Of a stretch of DNA of 61,229 bases, positions 1 through 13,085 are shown piece by piece (position 1 is the stretch's first letter; every line of letters begins with the position of its first letter). The notes beneath the pieces were generated by a model. It ran no database searches, was not told where the DNA came from, and saw only the letters and a list, made by a program, of their open reading frames with translations. Location of the stretch: positions 967,109 to 1,028,337 of the forward strand of contig NW_027192198.1 of NCBI RefSeq assembly GCF_041956535.1, in the 5' to 3' direction. Source of the DNA: Calcarisporiella thermophila CBS 279.70. Lineage: Eukaryota; Fungi; Calcarisporiellomycota. A program made the position numbers and the translations under genes.

Positions 1-1
1 C

Positions 2-310
2 GATGATTGCCACCACCACCACCACGATCATCATGATCACCATGATCATTGGTTCCATCATGACCATCATCATCATGACGATTACCACGATCACTGGCGT
101 CGTGGTGTCTTGGATAACACCCTGAACAATGCCGACATCATCGACCATGTGTCATTGCTCGATTCAATGGTGAACTCCAACCCACAGAGTAGCGAGAACC
201 GCAACGCTAATACCAAGGCAAGCGGGCCTGGTGACAATTCCAACTTATCCAAGCAAGGTGGCGAGGGTATCTACTTCAAGGGCGGTCACTATCACTGCGA
301 TGACTGTTAG
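2..310 (+). CDS. 3' part of a His/Asp-rich protein (5' end outside window)
   Basis: Frame from position 2 is open: DDCHHHHHDHHDHHDHWFHHDHHHHDDYHDHWRRGVLDNTLNNADII...GGHYHCDDC*, continuous with ORF 110..310; followed by an AT-rich 3' UTR-like region. Confidence 0.7.
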   Translation, partial: DDCHHHHHDHHDHHDHWFHHDHHHHDDYHDHWRRGVLDNTLNNADIIDHVSLLDSMVNSNPQSSENRNANTKASGPGDNSNLSKQGGEGIYFKGGHYHCDDC

Positions 311-1203
311 TTGATTAATCATTCCTACTCAAACCCGCCTCATCTTTAGGCTAGACTGTTAGTTCAAGAACTTTATTATTATTACACTTTTTTAGTACTT
401 TTATAATCTTCTTTTCTTTTGCATATTCTTTTTTTTTTTTCTTTTCTTGATGGGAGAATGGAGGGGGGAAGTGTTTCATTTTTTGAGAAGGATTTTTTTT
501 TCTTTCGCAATTCGTTCTTTGTGATAATTCCCTTCCTTTTTAATATACCTTACGTTCTTTTATACATCCCCCTTGATCTTCCTTTATTTTTGTATGTTTT
601 GGTTGTAGATGTTCTTCTCTTTTAATGAGCTTCTGGAAAAGCTATTTTAATAAATAAGTCGAGGGGCATTTGTTTTCCTATAAGAATTTTAATAAATGAT
701 CTTTTTAGAAATTTGCACGAAAATGGTTGTAAAAAGCCGACCATGAAGGTGATGGGAACGCAAAAATTCACTGCTTTTATATTAGGTAATTTGGATCGAA
801 AGAAAGGTCTAAAGTGCCAAAATTTCTGGAGTGGTGTTGTTTATTTATGGAAGTGTGAATTTTCCGCTCAAAACGACTGAAATTTCATCTCTACGAGATT
901 GAAGTTAGATGTGCTTGTATTCCCTGGTAGTGCCCTTCAATATTTTCTTTGCCTTTGGTTTTCAAAGAATTTCAGATTGGATTAGGCGACCTAATGCATT
1001 CAAAATGTGCCCGATCTAGCAATAGCTCTGGAAGTTTGGTTCTATTCACAAATGAAATACAACGGGAACAATACCTCTCTGGTACAACCTATTCAATTCC
1101 TCCGCAGCCAAAATTTATCGATTTCTTTCCCAATTTTCAGTACGTTGGTTCTTCTGTATAAATCAAAGTGATCACAGAAAAACATAAATCGCACCAATAA
1201 CAC

Positions 1204-3027
1204 ATGTTCTGGCCGGGACCATCTGCATCCGCAGCAAGTTATCTGTCTCCCTCCTCGCCTGAGAGAGAGCAGGAACGGGGCTCCTCTTCTACAGCTCGCC
1301 AACTTTTGGCTAATACTGAATCAACGGCTACCACTGAATCTCCCACCACAGCCAATCCTCCCGAATCTACAACTGCCTCTGAATCTCGTATACGACTCCT
1401 TCCTCTTCTTGACGGTTCTCGATCTTTTAGATTCGATATAATTGACAAGAGGGTGCCGGAGGGAGTTTGTTTACGAGTAGGAAGATTTACAGAGAGATCG
1501 CGTAGCCCAACGCATGTTGCTTTTAGAAGTAAAGTGGTTTCACGAGGACATGCGGAAATCTGGACTGAAGGGGGCAAGGTATCCTATTTTCCTCACTTGC
1601 CTAGTTAGATCCATTATGATTAGAATGGACTTGTTTATATCCGTTGTTTAGTTTTACATTCGCGATACAAAATCATCGTCGGGCACATTTTTGAATCATA
1701 CAAGATTGAGCCCTCCTGGTGTTCAGAGTCAGCCATTTTTACTAAGAGATGGAGACGTGATTCAACTTGGTAATTTTGATGGTATAGGATAAATTTTTCT
1801 TTTAATCTAATTTATAACATGTTTTCTATTAAAATACAGGTGTAGATTATCAAGGTGGAAGAGATGGTATGCTTTATTTTCACCCAAGTTATCGCGATCT
1901 ATATTAATGTTGACGTATTTATTTAGAAATTTATCGTTGTGTTAAGATGCGTGTGGAGTTGAATCGCGATGCTCGAGAAGAAGCAAGTCTTTTTAAGTAA
2001 TTATTCTTGCCGGCGTATTACTTGTTTAACACACACATAATCTAACCTCAATCTTTTCCTAATAATTAGATTGAGCTTGTTCGAAAATCTTGTAAAACTG
2101 CTAGACATTAGCAATCTTGGCAAACTGTGTGAATCCGATGGAGCCTCTAACAGTACAGAATGTTGTATCTGTCTCTACGCAATTGGTCCTTTCCAGGCTC
2201 TCTTTGTTGCGCCTTGCTCGCACTCTTTTCACTACAAATGCATTCGTCCTCTTCTTGTAGATAACCATCCTCAGTTTCAATGTCCTATGTGCCGTACCTA
2301 TGTCGACTTAGAAGCTAGCGTTGAAGTTTCAGAACTATGGGCACGAGTTGCTGAGCTTAAGAAGGAGCGGGAGAAAGCAAGGACGGAAATAGATGAAGAA
2401 GATGAGTCACAGAAGCAGCCTACAGACACGCATTTACCCGAAGTTATTACGAATGACTCCGGTACGGAAACGAAGACGATATCACAAGCTTCAACTTCAG
2501 CCACAACGTGCTTACAAAGCAAAGAGAAAATGTTAGGAGCAACGTTGGCACCAGTTGAGGTTGGCGAGGATGAAGCTGTGCCCCTCTTTACTACTAGTGA
2601 AGTTGGAGACACTTCTTCAACAATCCAAGAAAAACGACGCAGTGAGCCAGGAACTTTGGCGGTAGTGGAAAATGGCGGGGATCTAGCAGATCGTTCGAAA
2701 AGAGAAAACCACAGCGAGTTCCTGCAGAAAGAGCAAGAGGATGACCTGGAAATAGATGGCACTGAAAATGATACTCCTCAATCTCGGATGAAATCTACTC
2801 GTTCGAGCATGCCTGTTCCGTCAGGAAGGCAGCGCCATCGCCGCAAGACTTCCGATGGGTCGGCCACCGATTTGGCTGAAGCTGAACATTTGCAAGGCGC
2901 AACTTTTGTAGCATCCCCTCCTCGATTATTACCAGAAATTGGGCAATTAAGGGAGTTGTCGGATCGAAATGAAAGTAATACAGTCAACACGGACGGCGGA
3001 GAGCTGACGCAGGAAAGTGGTAGATAA
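1204..3027 (+). CDS. DMA1: FHA + RING-H2 E3 ubiquitin ligase (Dma1/Dma2/Chf-like), multi-exon
   Basis: FHA motifs VGRFTE...SKVVSRGHAEIW, DTKSSSGTFLN, GDVIQLGVDYQG across GT-AG introns (1579-2070); RING-H2 CCICLYAIGPFQALFVAPCSHSFHYKCIRPLL...CPMCR. Confidence 0.9.
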
Positions 3028-4313
3028 ACTATGTACTGATTATTCGTTTTTCGTTCTTGATTTTATTACAATTAGGAAAAATTGTGTGCATGTAAATTAG
3101 CCAGCTTTATTAAAACATGGCATGAGAAACTTTTTATCTTTTAATAAGCTGCCTTCTTTTTTTTTTTCCTTCTGTTCTCCTATTGTTATGCTTATTTTTA
3201 TATATATTATTTTATACACTTAATTTTCAATTTCTTGCTAATGGAGCTGTTTTCCTATTATATGTGTATAAAACTATGGCTATTAATTTCTCTGCTTCTC
3301 AAGATTGTGCGGACAAATATGATCATACAAAATGCACTCTCCTTTATGCTCAAGCAAGAAAAAAAAAAGAATCCTTAAGCCAAAAATTTTAATTAACATT
3401 GGGGATAAGTTTCAATATGAGAAGGAATAAAATGGTTAGGTTAGAGCGCATACGTGATGGCGACAAAGACTGAGTCAGTAATACCGACTCTTCCCACCGC
3501 CACATCCCATACTTGTCATATATGAAATTGAAAGGACGCTCTGTGTTCCATCCATTTACTTTGACCTTATTAACCTTAACCGTTTAGATAGTTGAAGCAC
3601 ATTATTAATATATCATACACCCACTAAATGGGTAAATTATTTTATATTTTAAGTGTTCACAGTAAAAAACTAATACCAAAATCTAGACTTTTTACAAGCG
3701 GATGCAATTTAATTCTAATAACGGATATAATAGATACTCATTAAAAAAGTTTATAATATATAAAACAAGCAAGGTATATAAGTCGCTCTTTTGGCTGTAA
3801 GTATCTTTCACTAACATCAGCCATGCTTATCCTGACATCACGCAAAGGGAGTAAGGATTCCATCTAGCTTAATAAAGTATTCAGAATATACCATTTTACT
3901 ATGATCAAAGTGTTGAGCAACTGATATTTTTACCTGGAAGGAATCGAATGGAGGGAAACGACCCTGAAGAATACTGGAAAGAGGGTTTTGAGGCGACTAA
4001 TAAAAAATGCAACTGAATATTATTTTTTTCTCATTTTAAGCAGCGTGCTTGGTTACAATTCAGGCAAGATGTTCTAATGTGGTCCAACCAGATGTAACAT
4101 TCCTCCCCTCAGTAGCTTTTCCGAATCAACGGGAACTCTACGCGTTCATTTTTCAAACTCTTCTCTCAGTATATCAATATTGTTTTTTTTTTTCTTCTAG
4201 TCTACTAGGAGTAAATTAAAATTGGTTTAATTTTATGCCCATTTTTAGTTTGTTCGTCTTCCAACGTGAAAAAATTCTGTCATTGCATCCTCCTCCTGAA
4301 GACAATATAAACA

Positions 4314-5898
4314 ATGCAAATCGTTTTCCCACATGAAGAAGGGACGCAGCATAAGCAGAGACGTTGGTCATCGGCATCCACGCTTGATTTCCGAGAAGAG
4401 GCAAAAGGAGTAGAGGAACCTCAAAAAGAGTTGATTGACGCGTTAGCGGAGGCCGACAAGATGTTGAGAATAATGGAGGGTCATATTCTGGATTTGGAAG
4501 AGGCATTAAAGGTAACCTTTGAATATTGCATTGCCATATTATTGCACACTTTTGAACTAGTTTGTTTTTCAATTGAATTGATTGCGCATATCTTAGCTGG
4601 CCGCGAAGAAAAGGGAAGAAGAAAATCGCTATTGGGCTGAACAGCTAAGCATGCGAGCTACTGAAAGTGAGACGGCCATTGATAGCTCTTCAAGTACCGA
4701 CTCGTCAGAAGAACCGGCTGAAACTCATGTTCCTTTTCAAAGGAATGAAAGAGAACTCTACTGGAAAAATGGGCGGCAATTAAGATCTTCAGTTACTTCC
4801 ACTTCAACTTCCCTCGCGCAATTCCTTTACAACACAATCCAGCAATTTGACTCCAAAGGATTAGCTGTGCCCATTTCGCCTCACCAGAAAAATCTCACTA
4901 CGCATCCAAAGGAGCCTTCTTTATTTGATCGCGTAGGTAAAAAATTGTTGGCCAATATCAATGTCATGATGCTTGATGAAGCAGAACAACGAGAGTATTT
5001 GGAGAAGTTAAAGCGATATATTCCTCCTGGGCACCTGAGTGAGGCGTTCGCATTTTCACGGCGACGCGAGGAACGGCTAAAAGAAATGGCACATATGGTT
5101 GCAGATATCGATGAGCTGTCCCAAGCTACGCTCGAGCATCCACGGCTATCTCCTGCGAAGGAAAGCAAAGAACTACAGGTCGATCCTATAGCATTAGCAG
5201 AGTTCTCCAAGTTCATGTATTCTTATGTCACCCCGATCGGAGGTGATGCCTCCATTATTGCTCACGCTACACATTTCACCTATCTCAAGGACACATTACG
5301 TGAGATTGAGTCCTGTCTTTTTGAAGGGGCCAAAGCATGGCGTGGCCCATTTGTCAAGCGTAGGATCCTAGACGTTATTGCGCGTCAAGATGTGGAAATT
5401 CAGCCCAATACTCCCGCTCCTCAGCATGGGCATGCTGCCACTGTTAGGCGGACCAAGTGTACAAGGTGTGGAAGGATAAAACACTGTGAGTTTGATTTAC
5501 GATTTAAAGGGTTTCGGCTTGGATACGTCGGCCTTGGTTTAGCGTTTTCGACCACTAGAGGTCTTTCAAGTGTATCGGGATACGATGGAATCGACAACAG
5601 TGATCGAGACACAGTTGAGAAGAAGATCACTTGGATGCCACTGGACCGAGTGTGTAGAGATCGGATTGTTGCAGTGTAAGCCCTCCTGCTGGTTTTATAT
5701 TTTCCTTCTTCCCAGGGCTAACTCCACTTCTTTTTCATTAGTGCGGACTATTTCATGTTCTTATCACATTTGAGACGCGGACTCTTTGGAAAAGTTTACG
5801 AGTTGGATATGGAAGAAATATTCTCTACGTGTCTTCGATTGCGGAGACGAATAGCTATGGCTAGGATAGGGGGAAGCTTTGACGATGAGGGATTGTGA
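4314..5898 (+). CDS. Coiled-coil protein with Sec2/Rabin8 (RAB3IP)-like C-terminal domain; start uncertain
   Basis: Spliced model gives KCTRCGRIKHCEF...PLDRVCRDRIVAVADYFMFLSHLRRGLFGKV...EIFSTCLRLRRRIAMARIG, resembling the Rabin8/Sec2 C-terminus (CRxRIxxVCxFFxYIRYIxxGL...LRxxMxxAKLG); possible extra upstream exons at 3823-4210. Confidence 0.6.
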
Positions 5899-6515
5899 TG
5901 ATATTCATGTTTGCTTCGGACTCTTTTTTTGGTTTATAATTTGTTAGCTGTAAATATTTTTTTATTGTTTTCATGTTGGTATACTTTTTTTCGGACGATA
6001 TATTTGCATTTTCCACTCAATTGCTGCCACAAAAAAAAAACGAAAACAGAAAAATAATCAGACGCCAGATCACTGTCAAAGGGCAGTAGCGCATATTGAG
6101 TCAATTTGTCTTGGTTTTTGGATTGACTAGAATATCCCATATACTATATCTATAACCTCATTCTTATCATACACTTGGCACGACTTATGCCATTATAGTA
6201 AGGTGAATACTATAATAATCCTCTAAATGCGATGCGGGCAAGTTGGCGGATAACCGCCGACTGTATGCATCTGATGAACATCATCATTCTATTAGAGTGG
6301 CTACATAAGGGCTAAATCTACCAATTATGGCATTTATAATAAATGAATTCAGCAAAGTCACAAGATTTCTGACCATATTTCCCATCTTAATGTTTGCAGG
6401 GCGTATATACCCCTGTTTCTATTTCTTTAAATATACTGCATGCTTCTTCCTGTTGGATACTCTACACCTTTCCTGAAAAAATAAGAAGCTTGATCGATTT
6501 TTAAACTTGAGAAAA

Positions 6516-7172
6516 ATGCCCCAGCTAATTCCGGTTGTTGCTCAGTGGTCGCCTGCGTTCGCCGCCTACTTCGCCTATCTTTCAATGAATGCTGGGACGA
6601 AGCGGTTCACCTCGAAGCAGTTGCTACTAACGAATTCCGACAAGCAGATACAGCCTTCAGATTTCGAGCTGCAGAGATACTCAGAGATGGACAGGGCAGT
6701 CCGTGCCCATGCGAAGTAAGATCTTAAGTGGATGGACATTTCCGTAGCCTTATGTCTAATGCCATTTTGCCTCTATAGTTTTTCTGAATATGTTCCACTA
6801 GGTTTGGTGAGTACTGCTTTCCTATTCCGCTTGGTGAGAATCACTTCATGGGCTAACCAATCATGTCTATATCCGAGTAGATTTTTGTTTCGGTCGCCGA
6901 ATTAAATGGGTGTCCACGAAGGATACTTCATTATTTCCTTGGCACACTTTTCGTATCGCGAGTGTTACACGCTAACTTGGGGATTTTGTCCAAAGAAAAC
7001 GCAGGCGGGTTTGGTAAAATATTACGATTTTAAAGCCCATTGTCTCAATGCTCATGGCACATTTTACCTGGTAGGCCGATGTGCCGGTTTCTTTGGAACG
7101 CTGGGCGTCATGTGTTTAAGCGCCGCGTACTCTGCTTGGTCTGTTTGCACAGGGCAGCATTTGAATCTGTAA
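6516..7172 (+). CDS. MAPEG-family membrane protein
   Basis: RAVRAHANFSEYVPL motif assembled across intron ~6716-6778; four hydrophobic segments; GR...G in last TM. Confidence 0.8.
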
Positions 7173-7473
7173 AAATGAGTCCAATTCAAAGATGGAACGC
7201 GTAAGCTACATCTCAGCAGAGTGCCACTAGAGGCTATAGCCTTCGTTGAATAAAAATTAAATTCTTTGGATTTCTGGTCGTGAATTTTTAATTATTTTTT
7301 ACGTGCACCACACCCCAAAAATGCCTCGCGCCAGATAGATGCCCCTTCTTTTTTTATTTTTTGAAAGAAAATTAAATAGTGCATCTTCCTGTTATAATTA
7401 AATATTATTCACATTCACAGCAATCACCAAAACATTAACGCGTAACTTTCTTTAATCCTTAATACCAACCATC

Positions 7474-9269
7474 ATGAGGGAAATTGTTTTGCTTCAAGTT
7501 GGTAAGTATAAAATAAAATAAAATAATTGCGAAAATATTAGTCCTGAGCTTCTTTATTAATTTGCGACATGATGCTAATAATTTCTCTCCCCTTCACTTC
7601 TCTTTCCATTTGCCCTGCATTTTGTCTCTAGGCCAATGTGGTAATCAGGTAAAGGGTTCAACCGCTGGTTGATCAGGAGTAGCTGAATTTTCATACATTT
7701 TGATCGAATCTAATTGCTAATTCTACTACTTCTCAATTCCATTTATCTTCTAGGTTGGCCAAAGGTAATTTTTGATCTTTTGATTTACGTGGTCATTATC
7801 ATCATCATCATCTGATTCTCTGGATAATCTCTAGATTCTGGGAAGTAATCTCTGAGGAGCATGGTATCGACGAAAACGGCGTTTATAAAGGCACGAATCC
7901 GCAGCAGTTGGCTCGTGTTAATGTCTATTATAATGAAGCATCTAATCAGCGTTATGTGCCTCGCTCAGTGCTCGTTGATCTTGAACCCTGTATGAAGCAA
8001 TCTTTGTATGCTTTAATGGAGATGAATAACTAAACACATAACTCTGAAATATAGCCACAATGGATGCAGTGCGCTCAAGTCGCTACGGAAAACTTTTCCG
8101 GCCCGACAATTACATTTATGGGCAGTCGGGTGCGGGCAATAACTTTGCCAAGGGCCATTACACCGATGGCGCTGAGCTTGTTGACTCAGTGATGGATGTG
8201 GTTCGGAAAGAGTCCGAGCAAGCCGACTCGCTCTCCGGTTTCCAGGTGCTGCACTCGCTTGGTGGAGGCACAGGGTCAGGTCTCGGCTCACTTCTTCTCT
8301 CAAGAATCAGAGAGGACTACCCCGATCGGATGCTGTCCACATTCTCAGTGGTGCCTTCGCCAAAGGTGTCAGACACCGTGGTAGAGCCCTATAATGCAAC
8401 TCTGACCGTGCATCAGCTGGTAGAGAATTCTGACGCCACCTACTGCATCGACAACGAGGCTCTGTACGATATTTGCTTCCGAACACTGAAACTCAAGAAC
8501 CCCAACTACAATGATCTTAACGATCTGGTGACCAATGTGATGAGCGGTATCTCGACGTCGTTGCGATTCCCTGGTCAGTTGAATGCAGATCTGCGAAAGC
8601 TGTGTGTGAACATGGGTAAGCATAAAGGAATGCAAAAACGCCTCTCCTCCCCCGTATTTAACTCACCCCACCCCACCACTTTGAATACTAGTTCCATTCC
8701 CTCGTCTCCATTTCTTCATGGTTGGGTTTGCACCTCTCACCGCAGTGACCTCCAAAGACTATCGCAACGTGACCGTGCCCGAGCTGACCTCGCAAATGTT
8801 CGACGCACGCAACATGATGGCGGCAGCGGATCCGCGTCACGGGCGCTATCTCACCGCCGCCACCGTGTTCCGTGGCAAAGTGTCGACGAAGGAGGTTGAA
8901 CAGCAGATGACGAATGTGCAGCAGAAGAATTCGTCATACTTTGTTGAATGGCTTCCGCACTCGGTCAAGACCGTCATTTGCGACGTGCCGCCGGCAAACC
9001 TTCCCATGAGCGCAACCTTCATCGGCAATTCCACCGCCATCCAAGAGCTATTCAAGCGTATCCACGAGCAGTTCACGGCCATGTTCCGCCGCAAGGCCTT
9101 CATGCACTGGTACACGTCCGAGGGTATGGACGAGATGGAGTTCACCGAGGCCGAATCGAACATGAACGATCTCGTGTCCGAGTACCAACAGTACCAGGAA
9201 GCAACCGCCGAAGAGGAATACGAAGAGGAGGAGGGCGAAGTGGCCCAGGAGTCAGTGCAAGAATACTAG
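7474..9269 (+). CDS. TUB2: Beta-tubulin (divergent paralog), multi-exon
   Basis: MREIV start, GQCGNQ, GGGTGSG signature, [11 protein letters not shown], acidic tail; short 5' exons bounded by GT-AG. Confidence 0.97.
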
Positions 9270-10155
9270 ATAGGAGCCATAAGCTATGCAAATCTAAAAG
9301 AGTGAGAGAGAGAAAGAGAAGATGAAGAAAAAAAAAGAGTGCTAGTTTAGCTTTTGTTTTGATTTTTTTTTTTTGGTTTAAAATTATCCCCTTTTTTTCT
9401 TTTATTCTTTGCATTTATATTCCTCCTCTACTTCTTCACGGCTATATTTTTAAATAATATTAAATATTCCTCGTCTAACTATTAAATATACATCTGTTTA
9501 TCTCGTTTCCTTCCTTCCCATCGTCCCACTCTACTAGTTCTCCCTTTCCTTGGCTAAAATATCCTTGTCTTCTTTTCTTTTGTTATTCCCTTGAGGTATT
9601 TATGGCTGGAAATAAGTACTCTGACTACTGTTTTCTAGGGCTCAGCTGCTCCCCAACTTTGTGCACGGGGTGTTTTTACTATTCTCCCCTCTCAAGGCTA
9701 GGAAGTCCAAAGAAGATATCCATTATTCCGTTTATTTTGTTGAGGAGAGAAAGAACTAAAGCCCCATCACCCGAAAATTCACTAGAAAATAAAATGAAGA
9801 GAGGATAAAAGAAAAGAGATGGCTGGGAGAAATAAAGCATGGAACTCGTAAGGTAAAAAGATAAAGAGAAGAAGAAAAGAGTAAAAGAGAAAGAAACGAG
9901 GGGAATGGGGGTGAAGAGAGGTAAAGGGAATGATCATGATAATAATAGTAGAGTCACTACAACTACTAAAACAACAAAAAAAAAGAAATAGAATCAGAAT
10001 ATATATATAGAATAGAGAGATAAAGCGAAGGAGGAGAAGGAAAAGAAAAAGAGAAAAGGCAGGAAAGAAACTAGCGCAAAAGCAGAGGAAAAAAAGGTAA
10101 AAAGGCAGAGAAACAATAAGCAGTGACTGTGCAGGGGGATAACTGGTGCAAGGCC

Positions 10156-12575
10156 TTATGGGACGCCGGGAGAAGCATGGTAGGCCCACAACTTGGCCTT
10201 GCAATCGCCCGAGCCGGTCGCGAACAACGGCTGACCCTTCGGGCTGAGCGCCACGCTGATCACGGAATTCTTGTGGCCCTGGAGCATGAACTGGGACTGT
10301 CCGGTGCGGGCATCCCACACTTGAACGGATCGGTCCTTGGACCCGGAGATCACCCAAGTTCCACAGGGCGAAATGGCGACGGAGAGGACAAAGTCCTTGT
10401 GGCCTGTTAAAATCTGCCGACATACTGCCCCGCCGCTTGGTTTGCCAGCCTGCGCACCCCCACCCGTGCCGTTTGCGCCGGGTCGCCCTAATCCGCTCAG
10501 GTCCCAGAGGCGTAGCGCCCGATCCAAAGACCCAGACACCAGGAGTTTTCCATCCGGCCCAAACGCAACACTATACACACTGTCTTTGTGGCCCTCCAGC
10601 TGATCCAGCGGGTATCCCGTTTGCGCATCCCACACCCTCACCATCTTGTCCAGCGATCCCGCAGCAACCAGGCGGCCATCGGGGGATATCGCTACACTAG
10701 TCACGCCCGCATCCTTTTGCCCCGCCTCCTCGATTGTCAACACGTGCAGACATTGGCCCGTCTCTGCGTCCCAAACCCGCGTCGTCCTGTCGCCGGAGCC
10801 CGAGACGATGCGCTGTCCATCGCGTGACCAGTCAAGGGAATAAATGTCCTGCTCGTGTCCCGAGAGAACCTGTCGCACTCGTTTGGAAGCAATGTCCCAG
10901 ATGCGGATCTGGCGGTCCTCGGCCCCCGTGGCGAGGAACTGGTCGTTGGGGGAGAAGCAGACCGATCGGATGTAAAGGTCGGAGCCGTCGCGGGCAATGT
11001 TCTCGTCTATTAGCATGCTGGGATACATCCAGAAATAAAAGTGTGTCAGCCCCTGCCGATACGTTATGGTGGGAAAAGAGGTTGAAAAAGCAACTTACGT
11101 AATCATCTTGCCAGTTTGAACGTCATAAATCTGAGCACTTCGGTTGCATCCAGTAGCAAGATACTGGCCGTTGGAGCTGAATCGAACACAACACACGACA
11201 CTAGGAGAGGGTGGTGATACGATAAGGGTGCAGGAAATGCAAGGATGGGGATGTCGAATCATCTTACCTATTGTGTTCCAAAATATGTTTCAAATCTACA
11301 TCAAGCAAGCGAGGGACCTTCGGGTTGAAACTGTGAGTGTGGACATAAAAGAAGATCAGTAACCATGTGCCCAACCATCGAAACGAGTAAGGTAGTAGCT
11401 TACAGAGCGAACCAGTCGTGGCCCTCCTTTCGTAAGGCTGCCGGAACGGCCTCGTTATCGATATCATGATAGGGAAAGCCCGTACCGCCCATCGCAGGTT
11501 TTGGAGACACGCCAGCTAGAGTAGCATTACCAGAAAATAGATCAAAAACGTTTAGTCAATCAACTTGTGTTTTCAAAATCTTACGCATTCCACCCGGTGC
11601 GTATCCCGCATGTGCCGCCGCCGCCGCCTGGTGAGGAGCATGGGTTCCGGCCGCTTCAATCTCTCCCCGACGCTTTGGTGTCTGCTGGAGCGCCTGTACT
11701 GGGGGAGGATGCTGCTGGTGCTGGGGCTGCTGCTGAGGCGGCTGCTGCTGCTGGGTGGGAGTGGGCAGCATTTGCTGTTGCTGCTGTGAGGATGGAGGCG
11801 GCAATCCATTTCCATTCACATAATTAGAGCCCCCTGCTCCAGCAGCTGCGGCCGATGGGGGGTAATGGGATGGCGGCGGATGATGCGGATCAGCTCCAGG
11901 TGGAGGACCAGAAGAAGGAGGTAACCCACCCTGTTGTCGAGCTCCCATAATTCCACCAAAAAGGTTGGATTGGGCATGGCCGAGTTGAGGAGGACGAGGG
12001 GTGGTAGCCTGAGAGGTTGGCGGATGACCCGAGCTGGGTGGAACTTGATGGCCAGCACGTAACTGTTCATTTTCGCGACGAAGCCGCGCTATTTCTTCCT
12101 CGCATCTGGAGATCAAACAATCATTTATGGTTTGGGGTGAATGACTCAATGTAAGGGAATAAGAAAAAAATAATTACTGCTGCTTGAATCGGACATGGGT
12201 CTGTTCCAGCTCCATTAGTGTCTGCTTGAAAAGATTCATTTCCTGGATCTGCTGAGCGACTATCCAAGGGAACAAAAATATAAAACAGATTAGCAACGAT
12301 AGGGAGAGAGATCCGATTTAGAATTTGAAGCTCAAGAGCCAATTATCGGCGTGGGTAGGCCTGCCGAAGCTCATGCCATCTTTGGGGCAATGGCAGTAGC
12401 GTCAAGCCCCATCGATGAAGGATGTGGTCTACTTACATTTGTGCTCGTAATCATCCAATCGCATTTTGCTCACGGAAGCCTCCTGCGAGAGCGATTCAAA
12501 CTCTGCCTTTATTTGGTCGAGTAGATCACTGGTTCGCCCAGGCGGGGCCATGGGACGATGATTGTACACGGACAT
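10156..12575 (-). CDS. TUP1: General transcriptional corepressor Tup1 (Tup_N + Q/P-rich linker + WD40)
   Basis: N-terminus [27 protein letters not shown]; WD40 repeats [41 protein letters not shown]. Confidence 0.95.
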
Positions 12576-13085
12576 GGTTGCGTTAGAAATTAGCGCACTT
12601 TCGTAATGAGCTTCTAACGCTTTGCTTATTTCGACTGCGGAGTGAGAAGAGGAGACTAGGGAAAAGGAAAAAATTTTTTTTCTGTATCCACCTTGAAATT
12701 TTCTTGATTCATCCTCGTCCCAAAGCCACAGCGGCGAGCATCCCAAAAAAAAGTGCGTGGTACTGTAAACTTTATAAATAGAATATTAACGAGAACTTAA
12801 TTAATTACAGAAATGGAGCGCGCAAAAAAAAGTAATCAAATGAAAATCATGCGGCTCGCGGCTAAGTCTAAAATGGTCCCGTAGATATCGCGATTAGCTG
12901 CCATGCATTGATCCCCACCAAAACAAGAACTCACCAAATGGATGCCCTTCCGTGCAAACCGCTTTCCACTCCTTCTCCACTGATCGTCAAGCTGAGACAG
13001 GAGATCGTACTCGCTAATTTGTGGGGGAGAGAACACCGGTTAAACCACGCCTCAGTCAAGCCAATCACCGCCGTCGGCGGGATAC

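Noticed and set aside
3823-4310. Additional 5' exons of the Sec2-like gene
   Set aside because: Plausible splice sites, but I could not join them in frame to 4314 without a stop
9782-10423. 213-aa hydrophobic ORF (and similar F/L-rich ORFs at 419, 9142, 49079, 60148)
   Set aside because: Translation of pyrimidine-rich UTR or low-complexity sequence
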